A stretch of DNA of 60,678 nucleotides, the filler included, from Platydemus manokwari (Eukaryota), in assembly GCA_037951405.1 (NCBI GenBank). It is 5 parts of 5 records of this genome, joined end to end, with 100 filler letters (N's around TTAATTAATTAA, not from the genome) between each part and the next. Parts side by side here need not be neighbours in the genome. Positions count along the whole stretch, not along the records: positions 9,716 to 18,649 come from JBBMOY011326984.1; positions 18,750 to 29,063 come from JBBMOY011145994.1; positions 29,164 to 50,318 come from JBBMOY011422533.1; 2 more parts are not named here. One strand, written 5' to 3'. The translations under genes were made by a program, and so were the position numbers. The notes beneath the pieces were generated by a model. That model was not told the origin of the DNA, made no database searches, and saw only the letters and a list, made by a program, of their open reading frames with translations. Each line of letters opens with the position of its first letter. Positions within the stretch are counted from its first letter, which is position 1. Positions 13,011 to 33,995 of the stretch are shown piece after piece.

Positions 13011-16000
13011 CAAGGCAATTTTATAAATTTTTATTTAGGAAACAAAATGGTAACAAAATCCGAAAAATGTAACAGAAACAAATATTTCCCAATGCTCAGC
13101 GCATTGCGAAAGCGAATCACTGAAATTAATCCAAAAGCAGACGGAGAAGAGGCCAGCAGTAAAAGAGGTGTTAATTACGCCAATTAAAATTAATTATTGG
13201 TTAAATGATCATGAAAAACTATATAAAAGTAAATAGCTCTGAAAAATATATAAATAAATCCGTCCGAATGCTTAGTCGAAATAATATATCCGTTGAACGT
13301 CGTCGGTGAATAAATGTGGTAACTCTGATTGTTCTGTTGAAAAATGTGATTTGAAATTATTATCCAGATCAAGATCGTGTGTCTAAACAGCGCTTTAAAA
13401 TCGTATGTTGTGATCTGCCAAGGGGTGCGTATTTATACTGATTCAATGTTGCGAACACCGGTGTGTCTTCGGACTTTTATCAATTATTTTTATGAATTGT
13501 TCTTTATTAGCTTGTGATTTTTCATTGTTTTTTTTGTATATTTTTATATTCAATTTACATTATGACCTTTTCTTCTCTGTACTATAATTATTTATATTTC
13601 TTTTATTATTATTTATTATATCTATTGAATTCTATTTTTTATTTTCAATTGATATTTTATTCACATTTCCGAATTAACTCTTTTGGCCTCTTTCTCCTTG
13701 TAACATCATTAACGAACATAATTGCCAGATATCATTTAATAAAACAACAACAATAAATCACCAAATAATTACTGACTATCAACAATAAAACAACTAATTG
13801 TCAAATATGTAAATCATTGTATATGAATTCTTCACACATTATCCTTCATTATTTAAATTCAGAAATCAATTTTTTGTCATCAATTCAGTCTTCCGGCTTA
13901 TTGACTTCTCTGCTTGTTCTTAAAATCCTCAATATCTATAGTCACGGTACAGTATACATGTACAACCCCAAGTGGAATCCCAACACTTGCATTTTCAAAC
14001 CAAGGTCAGGACAGTGTCCTCGTTTGAAAATCTTAACATGGTTATTTAAATCAGGTTTGTACCATGTGTGATAAAATATTTGTAAGTGTCATATATAGAG
14101 TAATGAGTCAGATTTAGGAATAATGAGAAAGTTAAGTTTGAATTTCTTTCAAACTTAGTAGGAAGTCGAGAATTCAAATATATTACATGAAAATGTATTT
14201 AATTTTTTTTCAGAATCTTTCTGAGGAATCAAATATATCTGAATCGAAAAATCAAAAATTATTCGATCGATCTGTTTTATTTTCTTTATTATTTATTCTT
14301 ATAATATCCATAAAAATTAAATGCTATGCCCCATATTTTATCAGTGCTATTTTGAATTCTGTGGAAAAATTTCCTCTTTAAACTACTTGCGTGACAAGAC
14401 TGCTAAAGACTCTCGTTAAACAAATATTTCTCATTGCTAAGGTGAATTATGAAATGTGTTTATGCTATCCATCGGTGAAAAATTATGTTTCGATGTTTAC
14501 GGTTGGAAGATTTCTTTACGATTTGCTAGTCCAGGTGCGAAAAGAAGCAGACTTTTTTTCAGTTGAAAAAATATCTTTTTATTTATTTAATTGAAAGAAA
14601 ATTTTGTTTTAATCTTCTCCAGGAAATTAAAAATTAACATTTCATAAAATATTAAGTTTATCAAAATTCTAACACGTTCGATAATTGGTTGAATGTATGA
14701 CAAAAGTAAAACAAAAAATACCATTTTCAATAAAATTTGAAAAAAGAATTTCTTCACTGTACAGAATTCGATTTTTTTCACGATTATCTACGGATTCAAG
14801 GAAGTTTCAAAGATGTACCATTAAAGTCGTCATTATTTTTTTTTACCTTTAAATTGCATAATTATATTATAATTTATTCAAATTAATTTTATTATTAAAT
14901 GATGTGATTTTATTGATATTCAGAGAGAGAAAAAGTGAAATTTGATGGTACAATTAAAATAAATTTTATTTATTTTTTTATCGAGGAAATTTCTTGAATA
15001 AACCATTTTCTTTAATTTCTACTAAAAATGTTCCGCCAGAATAAATAAATATTTTGATTAATTTTTTTTTACAAATTAAGAAACAAATATCGACGTGAAC
15101 GATTTCGAAATCATCTGAGAAATTGTAAACATTCTGGAAATGTCAAAAGGATGAGGAAATTGTAAATTAGCATTAGAATTGCGTATGAAAAATAATGGTA
15201 TTATATGTCGATATAATACTGGCTGATGAGCAAATCGAGATGGAATTTATATATTGATATCGGGATATTGTGTGTGAATTCTTCTAATCTGATATTTTTC
15301 TGAATATATGATCAAATTAATTTATTTTAATTTACATTCAAAGTGCCTAAAGACAGTATTTTTATTACTGATTAGTTTTATTATTATCTTTTCCCTTTTT
15401 GTTTTCTCATTTTCGTTTTCTTAATTTAAATTTTCTTAAAATTTAAAAATCCATCGATCGGATGGGTATCGCGGAGGTAGCAGGTAAATTTATCTTTTAA
15501 AATATTTTGAAATTTTTATAAAATCCTATTTTATTTTTCATATCGCTATTGCTTACCACAAGTAAGTCTGAAATTTGCAATCAAATGAGTCTATTCTTGG
15601 CATTTAATTTGAGAATATAAAATTTCAAATCTCTCTCCCACTCACATTCAGCATCTGAACGAATTGAACAATCTGTAAATTTATTGGCTGTAAATATATA
15701 GTTTTTTTGAATTGATTTCATATTTATTTTTATGTTGTTTTATTGACGAAGTTATTATTTCAAAATCGATCTACGTCGAATTATTAAAGTCAATACTATA
15801 AGCGATATTTAAGAAATTTCAAATTTGTTAACCTCATTCTCCCATTTCGTCAATCGAGCACGTAAATCCTCATTATAATTAGATTGCATTTTATTTGTGT
15901 TCCGTTCGTGATTTAAACAAATGATAAAATGGGAATACTTTTTAAAGTTGCTTTTTACCATTGAATTAAACAAACCCACAAATGCAGAACTGTAGATTTA

Positions 16001-16599
16001 AGTGATAATTATTGGATCAAAGGATCAATAGAATTTCAACGAATTCAGATCACTTTTTATTGTGTAAGTAAATGTGTAAGTATTGCATATTATTGAAGGT
16101 GTGAGATGCCTTTCTTAAAGCAACTAGATCCAGGTTCTTCTAAACTTTCTTCTTCTTTATTCTTCTCATTATTTTCAACGATTTTTACACCTTTAATCCT
16201 ATATTCTTAATTATTAATTTTAAAAAATACAGCTTGGATATTGTTACCTCTAACCACCGCCTAATATATTTACAGAGTAGTTTGTTAAAATAAATGGCTA
16301 AAATGGCTACTTTTAATATCTAAGAGCGATGACAGGTGGCCAAATTTTCGTAAGTTAACTTTAGGATTCCGCCAATACGATATTCTATATTCATAAATTA
16401 GAAAGTACGAATGAAAAGGATAGAGATTTTGGTGTTGAGTGAGAATGAGAGTTCTCGCAATAATGGAAAACAAGTCGAGATGGTGTAAGAAGATAAATAA
16501 CGTGTAAATAACTTTATCCGTGGACAAAACTTTCTATCTTAGAACAAAAATGAATTAAATGAGCCAAGCAACTTATTTACACGAAAATCTGAAAATCTG

Positions 16600-18050
16600 A
16601 GATGAGAGGAACAAGAGAGTCTAATAATAAAATACCATGTGTTGGCTTGATAAAAATTAATAAAGGTCATTCAGGAATTCAATGTCTAATCAATATTTAC
16701 TTTTTAAAATACATCAAGCCTGCCTATCTGATGTCAAAGCCACAATGTTTCAATAATCCCAACAGAATCGATTGTTTTCCTTAAATCCTCGTCTTATAAA
16801 CTCGTCCTGGCCGCTTTTGTTGTGTATTCTGTTTCAGCACCCAATTAGCATTTGGTTTGGTAATTATTTGCAATTACAGATCTCGATTCCTCAACGTCAT
16901 TTTCAACTATTTAATATCTGCTGCCTCAGTTTCGAAAAACAATAAATCATCTATAGATAACCGACTTTCATTATCAAAACTTTTAAGCCTCGTAAATATG
17001 TTTAGGAACATTTGCAGGTAAGTTGATTTGGTACTCCTTTTATGTGAATTGTTTATTGTGGTATTCTTAAATAAATACTTTAGATGTTTGATTGGGCCAC
17101 AGTCTTAGTTAATTTAATTATTCAGCTTTAGCTTTATTCAAATCGATTTTTTAGAGTTCTTTATCAGGCATAACCATTTTTATATGGACATTAAACAAGA
17201 GACACTAAATCAGTTCCAAGAACAAATCATGTTCGAAATACTGGACAACAAATCAGGGTTCTTCAGCTTGTTATCAATACTTCAATTAATGGGATTAATT
17301 TTTAGAGTTCCGCTGCTTTCAAAAGGATCTGAATATCTCATTAGTAAAACAACCGAAGTTGGTGAATGCACTCAATTAAAACTAAATAATAGAGTTGTTC
17401 ATTTGGGAATTCGAGTAGTGTTATAGATATATCATTATTTGGATTGGCCAAAGTTGTGGAATGTGATGTCTTCATGCAGTCGAGAAGATATGTTGTTCTT
17501 CGGGTTTTCTTACAATTTACAGTGTAATGTGATTTGTTTTACTGTATCACTGGATATTTGAAATATTTATAATAATTGAGATCCAATAAACAAGTTTTGC
17601 TTAGAGTTATAGATCTTCCACCCGAGAATATTCATATCTCAAAGAGTACCATTAAGAGGTTAGTGATATGATTTGTGCATAACTAGAGCAATTATCGATT
17701 AAAGTTCAAGAAAAATGATTAACGAAATAAATAATATGAAATACTAAAATAGCTCATGATTTCTGTAAAATCGAGTTAATGACCGATTCCAATGAGACAT
17801 GATATTGAATGTGGAACATCGATGATGTGATTTGATGTTTTATCTTATAAATAATTCAATAAACCGAGACAATTGAAAGTAATTGAGAGATCACCCTAAA
17901 AGAGGAATAATAAAATATTGATTAAACTTTTTGTAAATTATTGAGAATCAAATAGGTTAAGATGTGGATTCCACGTGTTAAATAAATCGCAGAAAGAATA
18001 ATCTATACAATATCCTGTAAAACGAGTTCAAATTAATTTCATTTCGAATA
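16600..18050 (-). mobile_element. Decayed Penelope-like element (RT + GIY-YIG)
   Basis: Minus-strand remnants in PLE order: PL.GTL.D (~17650, GSPLSG.LA-like), NNIS.LD (~17490), KNGY (~17175), KGV..QLTCKCS.TY (~17040-17000, start of GIY-YIG). No intact ORF. Confidence 0.6.
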
Positions 18051-18087
18051 AATCAAGGGATAAAATATTTTTGAAAATTAAATTATA

Positions 18088-18649
18088 TTACCATGGTTTT
18101 CCTTTTATAAGTGGTATTCCGAATATAAGAGGTAGCATGTTTCTTTGCTTGTAAAAAAATAAGCGGCCCTCCTCAGAACCCGCATATTCGTTGTCCGAGA
18201 TGTCATTTGACTTGGTTCTTGTCCTCGATAGTAATATAGTTTTCCCTTGGTGTAATTGCCATTGCTGATGTGCGGATTTGATGTTTGACCGTATCCAATC
18301 GTAACGTATTTTCTCCGATATGTCTTTTTGAAGCCAACTTTGCGTAGAATGATCTAGGTATCCGAATTCCAAGTGCCAAGAACGCCAATTATGAACGTAT
18401 AGAGCTCAACAGTCCAGCCTGGCCTGACTTTCTTTATTTCTTTTCGGAGATCATCGTACTTTGCTAAGTTGACTTCATCTGCATTTTTTATTAGTCGTTC
18501 CTCGTCCATACGGCATTTCACATCGACTAGAAAAATAGAGGTTGTTCGGTTACTTGTAGATCAACTCGCTGCTTTGATCCTGTGAATTGACAGGATTTCT
18601 CAACAAAAACATCATTTTCGGTGTGATTGTTAATATAGTTTGATAGTAA
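18088..18649 (-). mobile_element. 3' end of a non-LTR retrotransposon with restriction-like (REL) endonuclease (NeSL/R5/R2-type)
   Basis: Minus-strand translation VFVEKSCQFTGSKQRVDLQV / FLVDVKC.MDEERLIKNADEVNLAKYDDL...VELYTFIIGVLGTW matches the R(P)D...D...K..KY...G..G.W REL signature. Truncated by the gap. Confidence 0.75.
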
Positions 18650-18749
18650 NNNNNNNNNNNNNNNNNNNNNNNNNNNNNNNNNNNNNNNNNNNNTTAATTA
18701 ATTAANNNNNNNNNNNNNNNNNNNNNNNNNNNNNNNNNNNNNNNNNNNN
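18650..18749. other. Scaffold gap with artificial linker
   Basis: Same N/TTAATTAATTAA/N structure. Confidence 0.98.
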
Positions 18750-19820
18750 CTTATCGCCGAACCATATATTTAAATTTTAATTACAAATATAGAAATATTT
18801 AGAATAAATAAACAAGTTCGAATGAATTAAATGTTTAATAATAAATAGATAAAAATTTACCAAAATGTTGAAAATTAGACAATAATAAATGAATAAAAAC
18901 TATATTCAATAAAAATTTTGTTATACATTATCTTTTAAGATCAATAGTTTTTATCAGGTTTCCAAATATATTATTTAGAGAAAGCGTTTTGTGAGCTTTA
19001 TTGTGATAAACTTTTATGAGTTTGAAGAAACGATTAACAAATAATCATTTGAATGAATGTAAATGTTTAATGTAATATAATGATTTCTCTCTATTCTACT
19101 AAATATAACTGAACATATGATAGTAATTTTTACTATAATCATTTGTATTTTATTTTAATTTAATAATTAAATAAATTTTGATAATTTTATTATAATACTT
19201 ATTAATTGTTTCTAATGATGAATTTTTATTTTATGATTTACTGTGGATATTTTTATTGAAAAATTAAATTTTGTTTCTATATTATTAAAACATTTCTTTA
19301 CTTATTGTTTATAATTATGTTTTCTGCTCAAATGGCTTGAATTGTTCCCACAACATTTCTAACAGCAAATTTTATCACATCTTTAATAATAAATAATACA
19401 GAGTACTTTCGAAAATAACTCTTCATTGACTTCCTTTTCCTCCATAGTTGTGTAGCAATAGATCATAATAAAATTTTTTAGCAACATTAAATGTAGAATA
19501 ACAAATAATATGTATTATAAGTATTATAAATGGCATTGATATCAGGCTTTATCAAGGCCTTATAACCAGTAAAATAAAATCATCAAATTTTGAAGTTAAT
19601 TTGATAAAATTATCGCTTTAACCAATATTTTTAGTTATTTTGACATATATATTTGAAATAACCAAAATCATATAAACTCTGATGAATAAAATAAATATAT
19701 CAAAGCACAGTGATCGCATTTATTAATAACAGAACAAAAAAGAAGGAAAATCAAAGAATAAAACGTTTAGATTTTTATGTATATATTGGATACTTTGAAT
19801 TACTTCTTTCCAGATAATTT

Positions 19821-27579
<7,759 letters not shown>

Positions 27580-27725
27580 CTCGAGCGATTCTTTCACCAC
27601 AATGGTACCGTTGTCGTATTGTTGAATATTTAAAATATATTTTTATATATTTTGCCTTGATTTTTTATTCATGTTATCGTGATGTGATTTGAGAATTTGT
27701 CTTCTATCATTGTGAGCCGTGGCTA

Positions 27726-27763
27726 TTTTATACAACACGCATTGGAAAAGAGTTGATGAGTCA
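27726..27763 (-). promoter_or_regulatory. Putative PRDM14 core promoter: AP-1 site, CCAAT box, TATA box
   Basis: Minus strand TGACTCA (27763-27757), CCAAT (27745-27741), TATAAAA (27732-27726), ~150 nt upstream of the ATG at 27579. Confidence 0.5.
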
Positions 27764-29063
27764 CGACGCAAATTTTTATTTAACTACAATTTCTCAAATA
27801 AATTGATATCTAAACAAATATAATTTTAAATTTAATAAAATTTCAATTCATTATAAATCCGAACATTCTTTCCTCTATAAAATCTTTGATTTTCTCTGAA
27901 TTCTTAATTATCCCCGCAGAAAAATTTCTAGATATTTATCTATATAAAAGTTTCTATATCTTCTCCACTCCATACCTTCCCTACATCTTCATATCTTCAC
28001 TTTTTCTTCTCTAAATTTTCTATACAGCTTCACTATATCTTCTTTACATCCTTTCTATATATTCTCTATATCTTCTTCCTCCTTTTATATACTTACATGC
28101 AATAGACTTTCTCAGAATCGAATCCAACTGTACGATCACTAAGTATTTTAAAAAACATGCATTGAAAACGAGCTGAAAAGTCAGGACACCAAATTGTATA
28201 TTTCAATGTAATTTTATAAACAAATCGGCAATCATGCACTGCCATCTCATCATCTTGTTTGTATAAAAAGTTTATTGTTAAAAATAATAATTCAATAATC
28301 AGTTGCTAACAGTATCAAATCGATTAACAACGCTGCACCCGACGAATCTCATTATAAGTTATAATTTATAGTTTAATATTATTTGCATAGCATAGTTATT
28401 AACGCCGCTCCAATAATCTTCAAATTATCGTTTAAGAGTCGAGACGAAACTAGATCAAAACGTGGGGCACAACATTAGAACTCATTGACACTGATTAAGA
28501 TGTTAGTACATCCAACCCATTGCATGATATAAAGTGAAAAATACTGATAAATAAATCCATGATTCTCAAATTCGTAAACACAGGCCTTACTTGAGTTAAG
28601 GTTTAGTTTGAAAATAGAAAAGTTATATATCGGTTTTCTCATAATATTATCGATTATTTATTCTAAAAAATATTATAGAAATATAATAAATTTCTCAATA
28701 AAAAGAAAACTTGAAAAATATCAAGAAATATAATAAATCGAAATAAATCAATATAAAAATCGAATTTATTCCTTTTATTGAATATTATTTCCATGAGAGC
28801 TTTTCCAGTAAACACTGTCATTCTATTAAAAACAGATACAATACAAGTACAGACCTCAATCAATTCTATAAGATACCTGTGTCTTATCTTATCATTATAC
28901 TCTCAATTGATTGATGGATATTTCATTACATGCAAAAGATTCACAATGATAACGATTAACCAATTATTGGGTTATTATCTAAATATTGATTGGTTATTTC
29001 ACATGTGTAATATTGGAATATAAAATAAGAATATTAATAATAATAATAATAATAACAATAATT

Positions 29064-29163
29064 NNNNNNNNNNNNNNNNNNNNNNNNNNNNNNNNNNNNN
29101 NNNNNNNTTAATTAATTAANNNNNNNNNNNNNNNNNNNNNNNNNNNNNNNNNNNNNNNNNNNN
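29064..29163. other. Scaffold gap with artificial linker
   Basis: Same N/TTAATTAATTAA/N structure. Confidence 0.98.
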
Positions 29164-29244
29164 AATTAATAAATGATAACAATTAAATTTATTCATTGAA
29201 ATACAAATTTTAACTCATTTTTGTAAAAGCCGGAATCATAATAA

Positions 29245-30591
29245 TACACCTAATATATTTCACGTTGTCGAAATAGAAGACTATACAGTGGATTTACGGC
29301 AATATGAAGGAACATTCGACATACACACTAAAGTTTGACGCAATAACCCACTTGTAACTCAACGCACAATAACTGCAAAATGGGTGGAGCAGTTTTAGTA
29401 TATCGAGCCAAAGTTACTGCGGAGTAGCATTCTTAAAGAGAACCAGCTTTACACCTATAAACGGAACAGCATGGGAAGACATACGGAAAAACGCCACAAA
29501 ATCACAAAAACACGATTGGATGGAAAGCTCGAGGAAGAAAGTAGTAAGAAAAGACTTACTAGAATCGTATTAATGTCGGTACAGCGATCTGATGCAGTTC
29601 AGCTAATCAGGGGAGCATCTAGAGATAAATGTGGAGTACTAATGTATGTAACGAACTATAAAGGCATCTATCTGAGTCAAAAAATCGCTAGAGATGCTGC
29701 CAATATTCATCAAGGCGATATCAAAATTTTGAGCTACTTAAATAACAAGATAGATTATCTCTACCATAATCTCCAGCTACAACTCACAGAAATCTACCAG
29801 GAAACGATACACAATAACTATAAAAGGGACAATGAAATCGTATGAAATAGTATGACATCTGCTTTAGCAAATCCCAATTTGATAAGGCCAGTTATCATGG
29901 AAAATGGTAGATACTGTAGAATAAGTGGCGAAGCTTTATATACATAAGAATGTGAAGCAATTCAAGTAACGGTAGCTCAAAGCATCGAATGCACAAGAGA
30001 ACTAGCGCTTCATTACGAAAACAAAAAGAGAGATATACGCACGTATTATTGAGAGAGGGGATGCCACACCGGCCAGTGGAGTGTAACCCATTCATATCTC
30101 CACTATACCAAATCGAAAGCAAATGGGTAACCATACCTGATCGACGACTTCCAAGAAACTATGACTAATTATTCACAGTAGATCATTTTAAGAAGGCAGC
30201 TTAGCACGTATGGGGACATTTCGCAGCTTTCGGGACATTAATTGCAAGCTGTACAGGAATCTATTTAATACCAATAATAATCAAAGTAGTTCATCAACTG
30301 ATAGCTACCTTCCACTTATTTCAAGTTTATGGAGTGTCATCAGAACTATTATTTGGATCATGCCCAAAATGTGCAAATCATGTATTACATAAACATTATA
30401 GAGAAGAGATTCAACTCGTTCTAAAACTCATCATTCAGAAGCATCAACTAGTAAGGGAAACACCACCCGAATGGTTACAAGGCTACTTTTCTCCTAGGTG
30501 TACTACGCCGAAAAACTCACCGTATAATTCCGATAATGAATCCGCATTTAATTCTGACGCAAAAGTAGTTTACAAACCAATTCGAACATAA
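29245..30591 (+). pseudogene. Chuvirus-G / herpes gB-like (class III) viral fusion glycoprotein, C-terminal half
   Basis: CGVLMYVTNYKGIYL...SYLNNKIDYLYH...LTEIYQE (ORF 29471-29845). Reading through stops: GRYCRISGEALYT*ECEAIQVTVAQSIECTRELAL / VECNPFISPLYQIESKW. Membrane region HVWGHFAAFGTLIASCTGIYLIPIIIKVVHQLIATFHLFQVYGVSSELLFG (~30205-30357). Cys spacing and the W..F..FG...K......YG.S pattern match chuvirus-type glycoproteins as recalled; no search was run. Confidence 0.8.
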
Positions 30592-30789
30592 GCACAACAA
30601 TCGAGGCTCACTAGAAAAATGTATAAGTTATTAGACCAAATGGACAAGGCTACAACATCCTAAGCCGAACCTATTACAAATAAAACGATGACTACTTATC
30701 CACTCGAGGAATTAAAGAAATTTGAAGAAGAAATCGTGGAAATTGACACCACGATGCAATGACAAAATCAAAATGGTTACAACCGAACG

Positions 30790-33700
30790 ACATTATATGG
30801 TTAACGAAGAAAAGGCATCTCAAAAATTGATACAAATACGAGTCAATCGACATATTGCTTTAGCACTAGTGGACACTGGCGTTGATTTCACTTTAATACA
30901 TCCGAGTATTCTTAACATATACTAACTACAAGGAATCGAAGAAACAAACATGACAATCACAGGCATCAACGGAAGTACCTTACCACTAATGGGAACGTTA
31001 AACTGTAAACTCCATTTATGTGGTCAAACAATAACAGTCTCTGTTAGAGTTTCTAAACTCTGTCTATATGACTGTGTAATAGGAAAAGACGTACTACGAC
31101 AGTTGAAAGGCATTATGTATGAATATATCACAGGATCACTCTTGAAAATAACTCGCAAGAAACGAAACAAAAGGGGAAAGTGTACCTGGCAAATGAAGAA
31201 ATTATTCCACCACGCACGGACGTCGTATGTTTTTCACAACCAGATACTGCAGACGATATTGAACTTTTATTCGAACCAAATACCCCATTCATGGAACAAA
31301 CTAGCATGCCGCTCAGTGCATGTATTGCAATAGTTAAAAACGGACAAATACCTGTACGCATAGCTAATATAACGAAAGAATCACTGAAAATATATGCAGA
31401 TACCAGATTAGGACAATTATCTGAGTATATTCTTGAGTCCCAAGAAAAACTTTTCCAAAATTATACAGGCCATTACAACCACAAAGCACGGACATTCTCT
31501 CGCAACAATGCCACCAATTGACACAACTACTGAATAAAAATGCCGAAGACTTTGTCAAACATGAACATGATTTAAGCAAATGCAATTTCATACAACATCG
31601 AATCGAATTAAATGATCCTCAGCCTATTTTCCAACGAGCATATCGCACAGATATAGCAATGGAATTCGAAATACAAGAAAAAGAAGGCACACTGCTCATG
31701 TGCATAGATTACCGAAAGGTCAATGAACAGACCAGGAAAGATAATTACCTACATCCACTCATTGACAAAATGGTGAATCGGGTGAGGGGAGCAAATATAT
31801 TTTCTACACTGAATCTCCAGACAAGGTATAACAATATTGAAATGTATGAGGATTCGATACTAATTACAGTCTTCACTGATGAGAAAGGGTTGTACGAATA
31901 CACAGTTATACTATTTTGACTCACCGGAGCCCCGGTAATTTTTCAACGTGCTATGAATATTATGTTAATAGATACACACCACGCCATGGTGTACGTTGAT
32001 GATGTTACCGTTTTCTCTAATAGTTTCGATGGACATATTCGAGATATAGAAGAAGTGCTGAAGAAAGTTTGCGAGACTTGTATCAAATTGAAGCCTACAA
32101 AATGTGAGTGGGAGAAAAAGGAAGTTAATTATTTAGGGCACATTATATCCGGATAAAGAGTCAAACCGGATAGAGCATATATTGCAAAAGTCGAATTGTA
32201 TTCCAAACCCAAAACGCTGCAAGTGGTTACGCCAATTGAGGAGTCCTAGGTCAAGTGAACAACAATGGGAACGAATATGCCATAGCATAAGTAAGCAGAG
32301 ACCTTAAGAGTTACCAAAAGAACTATACTGTTATTGAATAAGCGGCGTTAGCAATAGTCTACGTAGTAGAGCGGTTTTGAACTATTATCTACGGTCACAA
32401 GATACATGTGTTAACCGATCATAGATCAGTGGCTCTTAGAACATGGCGATACAGCGTCTCGATTAATTAGATGGGCGCTTGAACTTCAGGAATACAATAT
32501 AAAGATTTGCTAGTGAAGAGGCAAAACAGATGGGAACGCAGACGCATTATCCCGAGCAGATCCCACTAATTATGAAATAGATAATGATAATGTAATGCGG
32601 TCCATTCCTTGGGACAGAATGCAGATATTAGTCAATTACAAAAGGAAGATGAGGAAATAAGGAAATATTTGATGGACATAGATGATCTCTCACCAAGCTG
32701 GAGAAATTGCTAAATGATTGATAACCAAATTCCGAGTCCCTCATGGACAAACTTTATTCAAAAATAAAGGGATCAAATTGTACTTGAAGGCGATATTTTA
32801 AAATAGAAGACGCGGTCAGGCACACCATAATCGTACCACAATCGCTACAAAATACCTTGCTACTCCAGTATCATGATGGCACCTTAGTGGGCCACTTATC
32901 TGCAAGGAAAACGCATTTGCGGCTAAGACAGAAATATTTCTGGAGAAATATGAAAGTATATATAAAGAATTGGTGTGCATCTTGTAAAGTCTGCCAAACC
33001 CGTAGAAATACGGGACAAAAAGATAAAGTGCCTCTAAAGCCTATGCCACTGCCAAGTTCACCAATGAAAACCGTAGCAATTGATTTAATCGCTCCATTGC
33101 TTCTAACGAAAAATGGTAATAAATACATTTCGATCCTCTGTGATTACCTAACCAGGTGGCCGGAAGCATATGCAATTCCAGATCGAACGGCTAATACTGT
33201 GGCCGAATATTTGTCGAAGAAATAGTATACCGTTACGGTGCTCCAACGAAATTACTCAAGGACCGATGTACAGAATTTTTCAATAGTACATTGGATAAAA
33301 TTAATCGTATTTTTAAAATAACAAAGCTTAATACTTCACCATACCACCCTCAAACCGACGGGTTGGTCGAGAGATTCAACGGTACTCTCACAAACATGTT
33401 AACATCCTGCACAAGCACAGGCCAAACAGATTGGGATGTTCACATCTCATCTTGTCTATTAGCATATCGAACTTCTGAGCAATCCAGTACGGGCTATACA
33501 CCATTTTATTTAATGTATTTACCGCATAGTCACATGCCTGTAGACATTACAATTTACTCACAGTTACATGGACGAGGAAGACTATGTAGTAGTCATGAAG
33601 GAACGATTAACCATCGCATGGCATAAGGCAAATCTAAACGTCCGTTATAGACAAGAACAAATGAAAGACACATAAGATACAAATAAAAAGGATCATACTC

Positions 33701-33990
33701 TACGAATAGGCGATAAAGTCATGCTTGAAAGCAAAGCATGCAAAAAGGGAATCTCGCTCGAATTAAGTCGACCTTTCAAGGGCCCTTACATTATCGAGTG
33801 AGCTAGAACACTAACTTTGTAATTAGACCAGATGGTAAAACATCTACGGAGCCAATATCGGTACGTGCTACGAAGAGACTAAAAACAAGCAATGACCTCG
33901 ACAACAGATAATACAACAAGGAAATTATCAGGTAAAAACAAGTAGAAAACAATGCCTGACAGCTATGGGGACATCAATACCCTTTAAGCT
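30790..33990 (+). pseudogene. Ty3/Gypsy pol pseudogene: PR - dUTPase-like - RT - RNase H - integrase
   Basis: ALVDTG and CVIGKD (PR); IPPRT...IPVRIAN...RLGQL (dUTPase-like, 31180-31430); MCIDYRKVN and VYVDD (RT); KNYTVIE...VLTDH (RH); HD...GH...CASCKVC, AIDLI, YHPQTDGLVERFN, GPY (IN). The RT-RH-IN order identifies Gypsy. Confidence 0.95.
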
Positions 33991-33995
33991 TACAA

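Noticed and set aside
15452-15490. GC-rich island ATGGGTATCGCGGAGGTAGCAG|gtaaat as a first exon or hairpin
   Set aside because: No downstream exon or homology could be supported.
29245-30591. Stand-alone chuvirus endogenous viral element or domesticated fusogen
   Set aside because: No L or N gene is recognisable. It is contiguous and co-oriented with Gypsy pol and carries multiple stops, so this copy is not a functional host gene.
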